From positions 219,453-259,452 of the forward strand of contig JBMHBY010000006.1 in NCBI GenBank assembly GCA_049890195.1: a stretch of 40,000 nucleotides of DNA, given 5' to 3'. The notes beneath the pieces were generated by a model. The model searched no databases, was not told where the DNA came from, and was given only the letters and a program-made list of their open reading frames with translations. This stretch comes from Parvibaculales bacterium. Lineage in GTDB: Bacteria; Pseudomonadota; Alphaproteobacteria; RS24. The position numbers and the translations under genes are program-made. Positions 33,848 through 40,000 of this stretch are shown here, piece after piece. Each line of letters opens with the position of its first letter. Position 1 is the stretch's first letter.

Positions 33848-34794
33848 GTGGGGCTGCGACAATGGCAACATCGAAAAAACCAGGCACAAAAAAAAGGGCC
33901 AAAAACCCTCAAGCCAGTGCTGACTGGCTGGAAAAAGCGCATGTGCTGACCGAAGCGCTGCCCTTCATGCAGCGCTATGACAAACGGACCATTGTCGTCA
34001 AATATGGCGGTCACGCCATGGGGGACGCATCGCTGTCGCAGAAATTCGCGCATGACATCGTGCTGCTCAAGCAGTCGGGCATTAATCCGGTGATTGTTCA
34101 TGGCGGCGGCCCGCAAATCAATGAGATGCTGGAGCGGCTGGGCATTAAATCGAAATTCTCCGGCGGCTTGCGCGTCACCGACAAACAGACCATTGAGGTG
34201 GTGGAGATGGTTCTGGCCGGGGCCATCAACAAACAGATTGTGACGGCCATCAACCAGGCCGGCGGCCGTGCCATCGGGTTGTCGGGCAAGGACGGCGACA
34301 TGCTGGTCGGCAGAAAAACCAAACGGCGGCATAAAGACCCGGCGAGCAACATCGAAAAGGTTGTGGACCTGGGCTATGCCGGCATGCCGCAAAAGGTGAA
34401 CCCCGAAATACTGCAGACACTGGTCGCGTCGGACATGATTCCTGTGGTCGCCCCGATCGGCACATCGGTGAAAGGGGAAACCCTCAACATCAATGCCGAC
34501 ACGGCGGCCGGGGCCATCGCCGCTGCCCTGCAGGCTGAACGGCTGCTGCTGTTGACCGACATAGCCGGTGTCATGGACAAGAAAGGCGCATTGATTGAAC
34601 GCCTGACGGCCCGCCGCGCCAGACAGCTCATCACCAACGGAACCGCCAATGGCGGCATGATCCCCAAATTGGAAACCGCCATTGATGCGCATAAAAAAGG
34701 CGTTGGCGGCGTTGCCATTCTGGACGGACGGGTGCCGCATGCCATCCTGCTTGAACTCTTTACCGAGCTGGGTGCCGGTACCTTGCTGGAATAG
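33844..34794 (+). CDS. argB: Acetylglutamate kinase
   Basis: [17 protein letters not shown] and INADTAAGA motifs. ATGA overlap with engB. Confidence 0.9.
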   Translation: MSGAATMATSKKPGTKKRAKNPQASADWLEKAHVLTEALPFMQRYDKRTIVVKYGGHAMGDASLSQKFAHDIVLLKQSGINPVIVHGGGPQINEMLERLGIKSKFSGGLRVTDKQTIEVVEMVLAGAINKQIVTAINQAGGRAIGLSGKDGDMLVGRKTKRRHKDPASNIEKVVDLGYAGMPQKVNPEILQTLVASDMIPVVAPIGTSVKGETLNINADTAAGAIAAALQAERLLLLTDIAGVMDKKGALIERLTARRARQLITNGTANGGMIPKLETAIDAHKKGVGGVAILDGRVPHAILLELFTELGAGTLLE

Positions 34795-34802
34795 GATAGA
34801 CC

Positions 34803-35840
34803 ATGACACTGCGGGCCATGACACTGCGGGCCATGATGTTGACGCGGCTGATGCCTGTGGTTTTGGCCTGTGCCGCACTGGGTACGCCAGTCCCTGCACA
34901 GGAAACAACCAAAGTGAAGCTGTGCAACGAAACCAGCTTTTTCCTCAATGTCGCAATGGCTTTGCGCCTCGGTGCAGCGAGCAAATCCCAAGGCTGGCTT
35001 CAGGTCATGCCGGGGAAATGTGAAACCGGTCTCCTGGCTTCAGCCGGTACGGATGAGGCTTTCGTCTATGCCCAATCAGACGTCATCTATTCGGGACCAG
35101 TACAGCGGTTTGAAGGCAATGAGCAGTTCTGTATCTCCTTTGACGGTGATTTCGACATTGACGGCAGGCGGGATTGCCGGGAAAGAGGCTTTGTCGCTGT
35201 TGATTTTGCCTTGATCGACAACAACACGGATACGCCGGAGGTCACCTTCACCGACCCTCTGGATTTCAGCCGCCGGCAGGCCAAAACCGCAGCCGCACAG
35301 CGCCTGCTGAGTGCGCTTGACTATGACATCGGCCGCATTGACGGATTGTCAGGCCGGCGCACCCTTTCGTCCCTGCATGCTTTCCAAAAGACTGCCGGAC
35401 ACCCGAAAAGCAATAAAGTCACCAACGACCTGTTGACCGACCTTTATGAAAAAGCCGCACTCAAGGCCGAGAGTCGTGGACTTTTGCTTTGCAACAAGAC
35501 CAATGACCTGATCTGGGCCGCAATCGGCCGGGTGAAGGGGGACGGGTTCAAGACCGAAGGGTGGTTGTCCATCGACTCCCAAAAATGCCGCAAGGCAATC
35601 AACGAGGAACTCACGGCGCGCTATTATTTCGTTTATGCCGAGGCCGTTGACACTTCCGGAAATCCGGTCATCCGGGCCGGGCGGCGTCAGGTCTGGAACG
35701 GCTCATTCGAGTTGTGCACCAAACCCACACGCTTTGCCATCGAAACGCGGAATGATTGTGCCGGTCAGGGGCTTGACAAAACAGGCTTCATGAAAATTGA
35801 CACCGGCGCCGAGACAAATTGGGTTCTGAATTTTGAGTAA
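34803..35840 (+). CDS. Secreted protein with two DUF1036-like domains flanking a peptidoglycan-binding (PG_binding_1-like) domain
   Basis: KLCNETSFFLNVA...SQGWLQV and LLCNKTNDLIWAA...TEGWLSI. Central LDYDIGRIDGLSGRRTLSSLHAFQ. The start is ambiguous because of a 15-bp duplication. Confidence 0.65.
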   Translation: MTLRAMTLRAMMLTRLMPVVLACAALGTPVPAQETTKVKLCNETSFFLNVAMALRLGAASKSQGWLQVMPGKCETGLLASAGTDEAFVYAQSDVIYSGPVQRFEGNEQFCISFDGDFDIDGRRDCRERGFVAVDFALIDNNTDTPEVTFTDPLDFSRRQAKTAAAQRLLSALDYDIGRIDGLSGRRTLSSLHAFQKTAGHPKSNKVTNDLLTDLYEKAALKAESRGLLLCNKTNDLIWAAIGRVKGDGFKTEGWLSIDSQKCRKAINEELTARYYFVYAEAVDTSGNPVIRAGRRQVWNGSFELCTKPTRFAIETRNDCAGQGLDKTGFMKIDTGAETNWVLNFE

Positions 35841-36519
35841 ACAAGTTTTAAAAGACGTCAAATACTGGATTTTTGACCTCGACAACACCCTCTATCCGCC
35901 TGAAATGGATCTGTTCGCCAAAGTCGATGTGCGGATGACTGAATATATTGAGGATCGCCTGAACCTGTCTCGGGAGGACGCCTTCACAATCCAGAAAAAA
36001 TATTGGAAGGAATATGGGACAACCCTGTCCGGCCTGATGCAGCAGCATCAGCTCAGTCCGGATGATTTCCTCGACTTTGTGCATGACATTGATGTCTCGC
36101 GATTATCCCCGGATCCGGAGCTTGACGCAGCCTTGTCCGGACTGAAAGGGGTCAAATACATCTTCACCAACGGCACCACGCAACATGCCCTGAATGTCAG
36201 TCGCCAGCTTGGAATTGATCATCATTTTGCAGATATATTCGACATTCGGGCCGCTGATTATATTCCGAAGCCGCAAAAGCCGGCTTATGAGAAAATGATT
36301 TCCCATTTCGGCATCAATCCGACCGAAGCGGTGTTCTTTGAGGATATGGCCCGCAACCTGCCACCGGCGGCGGAGCTTGGCCTGAAAACGGTGTGGGTGC
36401 GCCCCGCCCTGGCCCCTGATGCGCCTGACCATGCCCGGATCAGCCACGAACAGTCCGACATCCACCGGTTTGATTTTGTCATTGACGCGTTGGCCCCCTT
36501 TTTGCGGGATCTTGCGTAA
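35833..36519 (+). CDS. HAD-superfamily pyrimidine 5'-nucleotidase-like hydrolase
   Basis: WIFDLDNTLY (DxD motif), FTNG and FFEDMARN. A non-ATG (TTG) start is implied and its position is uncertain. Confidence 0.75.
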   Translation: MSKQVLKDVKYWIFDLDNTLYPPEMDLFAKVDVRMTEYIEDRLNLSREDAFTIQKKYWKEYGTTLSGLMQQHQLSPDDFLDFVHDIDVSRLSPDPELDAALSGLKGVKYIFTNGTTQHALNVSRQLGIDHHFADIFDIRAADYIPKPQKPAYEKMISHFGINPTEAVFFEDMARNLPPAAELGLKTVWVRPALAPDAPDHARISHEQSDIHRFDFVIDALAPFLRDLA

Positions 36520-36610
36520 TCGGCGGTTTTTGTTGACACCGGGGCCGTGATTGTTAATTTCGCGCCCAGACAGTTGTGTGATAGCACTAAAACAGACAAA
36601 GGAGCGGGGC

Positions 36611-37444
36611 ATGAGCACCGATTTGACCACGATTGAAAGCATTATCAATGACGCCTTCGACAATTCCGCCGACATCACGCCGGAAACCGGCGGCGACATC
36701 CGCAGCGCGATCGAGACGGCCATGGCCGGTCTGGATGACGGCAGCCTGCGGGTCGCCGAAAAATCAGGCGGGGACTGGCAGGTCAACCAATGGTTGAAAA
36801 AGGCGGTGCTTTTGTCATTCCGGCTCAACAATATGACGACCCAGAGCGGCGGTCCGGACGGGTCGAATTGGTGGGACAAAGTTCCCTCGAAATTTGACGG
36901 CTGGGGCGCGGAAGAATTTTCCTCGGCGGGTTTCCGCGCCGTACCCAACTGCGTGGTCCGCCGCGGCGCCTATATTGCCCCAAGTGTCGTGCTGATGCCC
37001 AGCTTCGTCAATCTGGGTGCCTATGTGGACACCGGCACCATGATTGACACCTGGGCCACGGTCGGGTCCTGTGCCCAAATCGGCAAAAATGTCCATTTGT
37101 CCGGCGGGGCCGGCATTGGCGGCGTATTGGAGCCGCTGCAGGCCAATCCGACGATTATTGAGGACAACTGCTTCATCGGCGCACGCTCCGAGGTCGCCGA
37201 AGGCGTGATTGTGCGTGAGGGTGCGGTTTTGTCGATGGGGGTTTTCATCTCCGCCTCAACCAAAATTGTTGACCGCGCCACCGGCACCATCACACGCGGC
37301 GAAGTGCCGCCCTATTCGGTGGTTGTCCCCGGTACATTGCCGAGCGAAAATGGTGGACCGAACCTGGCTTGCGCCGTCATCGTCAAAACCGTGGATGCGC
37401 AGACGCGGTCCAAAACCTCGGTCAACGAATTGTTGCGCGATTAA
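36611..37444 (+). CDS. dapD: 2,3,4,5-tetrahydropyridine-2,6-dicarboxylate N-succinyltransferase
   Basis: ATG at 36611 after AAAGGAG. Hexapeptide-repeat C-terminal half. N-terminal [16 protein letters not shown]. Confidence 0.88.
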   Translation: MSTDLTTIESIINDAFDNSADITPETGGDIRSAIETAMAGLDDGSLRVAEKSGGDWQVNQWLKKAVLLSFRLNNMTTQSGGPDGSNWWDKVPSKFDGWGAEEFSSAGFRAVPNCVVRRGAYIAPSVVLMPSFVNLGAYVDTGTMIDTWATVGSCAQIGKNVHLSGGAGIGGVLEPLQANPTIIEDNCFIGARSEVAEGVIVREGAVLSMGVFISASTKIVDRATGTITRGEVPPYSVVVPGTLPSENGGPNLACAVIVKTVDAQTRSKTSVNELLRD

Positions 37445-37452
37445 GGAAACGA

Positions 37453-38604
37453 ATGACCATCAATGCCGTCGAGTTTGCAGCTGAACTGATCAAGTGCCCG
37501 TCCGTGACGCCACGTGACGCCGGCGCACTCGACCTGCTGGAAAAAGCCTTGACCAGCATTGGTTTTGCCTGCACAAGGCTGCCTTTTGAAGAGGAGGACA
37601 CGGCACGGGTCGACAACCTCTTTGCCCAATATGGCAGCGGGGCCCCGCATTTTTGTTTCGCCGGCCACACGGATGTGGTGCCTGTCGGTGACGAGGACGC
37701 CTGGAGCAAAGACCCGTTTGCCGGCCAGATTGAGGATGGTGTGTTATGGGGACGCGGCGCCGCCGACATGAAAGGCGCCATCGCCGCTTTTGTCGCCGCC
37801 GTCGCTGACTTCATTGAAACCTCAGCCCCGGAGCAGGGATCTATCAGCCTTTTGATCACCGGCGATGAAGAAGGCCCGTCCGTCAACGGCACTGTCAAAA
37901 TGCTGCAATGGCTGGCCGACAACAATATTCAGATTGATGACTGCATTGTCGGCGAGCCGACCAATCCGCACAATATGGGCGAAATGGTCAAAATCGGGCG
38001 GCGCGGGAGCGTCAACGGTGTTGTCACCGTCAACGGCAAGCAGGGTCATGTCGCCTATCCGCACCGGGCCGACAATCCGGTGCCGCATTTGTTGCGGCTG
38101 ATGCAGGCGCTGTCCGATGCTGAGATTGATCAAGGGTCCGAGCATTTCCAGCCCAGCAACCTTGAGGTTACAAGTTTTGATGTCTGCAATGCGACAACCA
38201 ATGTCATCCCGGCCAAAGCGCAGGCGCGCTTCAACATCCGCTATAATGATCTGTGGAGCCGTGACACCATCAATGCCTGGGTTGAAAAGACTTTGGCCGA
38301 GGCGGTGCAGGGGTGTGACATGGATTTGAAGCTCGTCCATTCCGGCGAGTCATTTCTGACGGAGACCGGCGCCTTGACGGACATCATCAGTGACGCCATC
38401 ACCTCCGTCACCGGCAAAGAGGCTGACCTGTCGACCACCGGCGGCACATCGGACGCCCGCTTCATCAGCCAATATGCCCGTGTCGTCGAGTTCGGTCTGG
38501 TCGGGGAAACCATGCATCAGGTGGATGAGCGCGTCCGCACCGCCGACATTGAGGCCTTGACGCAAATTTACGGCAAAATTCTGACCGCCTATTTTCAGGC
38601 GTAG
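37453..38604 (+). CDS. dapE: Succinyl-diaminopimelate desuccinylase
   Basis: ATG at 37453 (MTINAVEFAAELIKCPSVTP). M20 peptidase motifs GHTDVVP, GRGAADMKG and GDEEG. Confidence 0.88.
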   Translation: MTINAVEFAAELIKCPSVTPRDAGALDLLEKALTSIGFACTRLPFEEEDTARVDNLFAQYGSGAPHFCFAGHTDVVPVGDEDAWSKDPFAGQIEDGVLWGRGAADMKGAIAAFVAAVADFIETSAPEQGSISLLITGDEEGPSVNGTVKMLQWLADNNIQIDDCIVGEPTNPHNMGEMVKIGRRGSVNGVVTVNGKQGHVAYPHRADNPVPHLLRLMQALSDAEIDQGSEHFQPSNLEVTSFDVCNATTNVIPAKAQARFNIRYNDLWSRDTINAWVEKTLAEAVQGCDMDLKLVHSGESFLTETGALTDIISDAITSVTGKEADLSTTGGTSDARFISQYARVVEFGLVGETMHQVDERVRTADIEALTQIYGKILTAYFQA

Positions 38605-39338
38605 TCAACCTGCATGAAATACAGACCGCCGGCGGTGGCGACCGGTGCGCAGGCGGCCCGGTCACGGGCAGCAAGAGCGTCCGCGACATCCGAGCTTTGC
38701 CATTTGCCCTCCCCCACCCATCGCAGGGCGCCGGCAAAAGAACGGATCTGGTGATGCAGAAAACTGCGTGCCGACACGCTCAGTTCGATACATTCCCCGC
38801 GCCTTTCAACTTGGATGCGCTCAATGGATTTGACCGGCGACTTGGCTTGGCAGTGCACAGACCGGAAGGTCGTGAAGTCATGCCGGCCCAGAAAAACCTG
38901 CGCGGCCTGATGCATGGCAACGTCATCCAACGGCACAGTAACCCAACAGGCTCTGTCCCGCTCCAGCGTCAAAGGGGCGCGGCGGTCAATGAAACGGTAG
39001 AGATAATGGCGCCGGATGGCTGAAAACCGGGCATCAAAATCATTGGGCACAGTCTCAGCCTGCAAAACGGCGACGGGCAGCGGCTTAAGGTGTTGGTTGA
39101 CCGCTTTTTTGACCGTTTCGGGATCGACTTTTTTTTCCAAATCCACATGTGCCACCTGCCCGCGTGCATGGACGCCGGCATCGGTGCGCCCGGCCCCAAA
39201 AACGGTGACCCGTTCACCACAGAAGCTTTGGAACGCATCAGACAGGGCATCCTGCACGCCACACCCTTCATTCTGGCTCTGCCAGCCGCAAAACGGCGTT
39301 CCGTCATATTCAATCAGCAGTTTAAAGCGCTGGGTCAT
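38595..39338 (-). CDS. truA: tRNA pseudouridine(38-40) synthase TruA
   Basis: 247 aa. [12 protein letters not shown], and [11 protein letters not shown] with the catalytic Asp. Confidence 0.9.
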   Translation of the reverse strand: MTQRFKLLIEYDGTPFCGWQSQNEGCGVQDALSDAFQSFCGERVTVFGAGRTDAGVHARGQVAHVDLEKKVDPETVKKAVNQHLKPLPVAVLQAETVPNDFDARFSAIRRHYLYRFIDRRAPLTLERDRACWVTVPLDDVAMHQAAQVFLGRHDFTTFRSVHCQAKSPVKSIERIQVERRGECIELSVSARSFLHHQIRSFAGALRWVGEGKWQSSDVADALAARDRAACAPVATAGGLYFMQVDYA

Positions 39339-40000
39339 GCCAGAATGTCGCCGGGCTGCAGACCGGTGCCGCGCTGAAAATCCGCCGCTGCCGTCACCGG
39401 TTTGCCGGCACGCTGCACCACCTCGAGCCGCAACAGCCCCTCCCCACAGGCAATGGTCGGGCTGTCATCAAGAACCGTGCCGGCCATTCTGTCCGCCTGG
39501 CCGGGGAGCAGGCTGACCCTCAGAATTTTAAGCCGTGTGTCGTTGATTTCAGTCCAGGCTCCGGGGAACGGCGACAGGCCATGAATGTGCCGGGCCACTT
39601 CATCCGCCGGACGGGACCAGTCAATCAGCGCCTCGGCCTTGTCGATTTTTTCGGCGTATGTCACCCCATGGGCCGGTTGCGGCACCGGTGTCAGCGACCG
39701 GGATTTTCCGACGGCATCCACAATGCTGCGCGCACCCAGCAGCATGAGCTTGTCGTGCAGGGTGAGTGCCGTATCGTCAATTTCTATATCCATGCTTTTC
39801 GTCATCAGCACCGGACCTGTATCCAGACCTGCCTCCATCTGCATGATGCTGATGCCGGTCTGCACATCTCCGGCCATGATGGCGCGTTGGATCGGGGCGG
39901 CCCCACGCCAACGCGGAAGAAGTGAGGCATGAATGTTCCAGCAGCCCAGGGCCGGGGCATCCAGAATGGCCTGCGGCAAAATCATGCCATAAGCGACAAC
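39335..40000 (-). CDS. fmt: Methionyl-tRNA formyltransferase (5' end lies beyond the window)
   Basis: [20 protein letters not shown] motif. The ORF is open to the window edge. Its stop overlaps the truA start. Confidence 0.88.
   Translation of the reverse strand, partial: VVAYGMILPQAILDAPALGCWNIHASLLPRWRGAAPIQRAIMAGDVQTGISIMQMEAGLDTGPVLMTKSMDIEIDDTALTLHDKLMLLGARSIVDAVGKSRSLTPVPQPAHGVTYAEKIDKAEALIDWSRPADEVARHIHGLSPFPGAWTEINDTRLKILRVSLLPGQADRMAGTVLDDSPTIACGEGLLRLEVVQRAGKPVTAAADFQRGTGLQPGDILA

Overview
The window looks like a chromosomal segment of a moderately GC-rich alphaproteobacterium, judged from gene content and order. No organism can be named from the sequence alone. Three blocks are visible. 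(1) 1-14106 is core metabolism: a TIGR02001-type porin, glnK and amtB; a four-gene polyamine operon (speA, carboxy(nor)spermidine dehydrogenase, its decarboxylase, agmatinase); metY; a crotonase, two acyl-CoA dehydrogenases and a MaoC gene; and a Prx5-type peroxiredoxin with a clear promoter and operator, followed by DoxX. (2) 14110-25084 is an AT-richer accessory region attached to tRNA-Arg(ACG). An apparently intact element of about 8.1 kb (16912-25056) is bounded by a 49-nt direct repeat of the tRNA 3' part. It carries a P4-type tyrosine integrase, HTH proteins, a Cys4 protein, a Prim-Pol/AAA replication protein, a 16-aa tandem-repeat secreted protein, and an operon of small secreted, lipoprotein and membrane proteins of unknown function. 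To its left (14110-16911) lies an array of decayed relics of related elements. Two repeat families link the relics to the intact element. One is a promoter plus 5' end of a DUF5681-like gene, present in four copies, three of them truncated at about the same point. The other is a module made of an unannotated 53-aa ORF translationally coupled to a signal-peptide gene. The same signal peptide occurs five times, fused to unrelated mature domains. (3) 25205-40000 is core again: ggt, a histidine kinase, a TVP38-FAD oxidoreductase fusion, rpmH-rnpA-yidC-engB-argB, a DUF1036 protein, a HAD nucleotidase, dapD, dapE, truA and fmt (partial). I saw no CRISPR array, no rRNA gene and no transposase. All family assignments come from motif recognition by eye and need HMM or BLAST confirmation.
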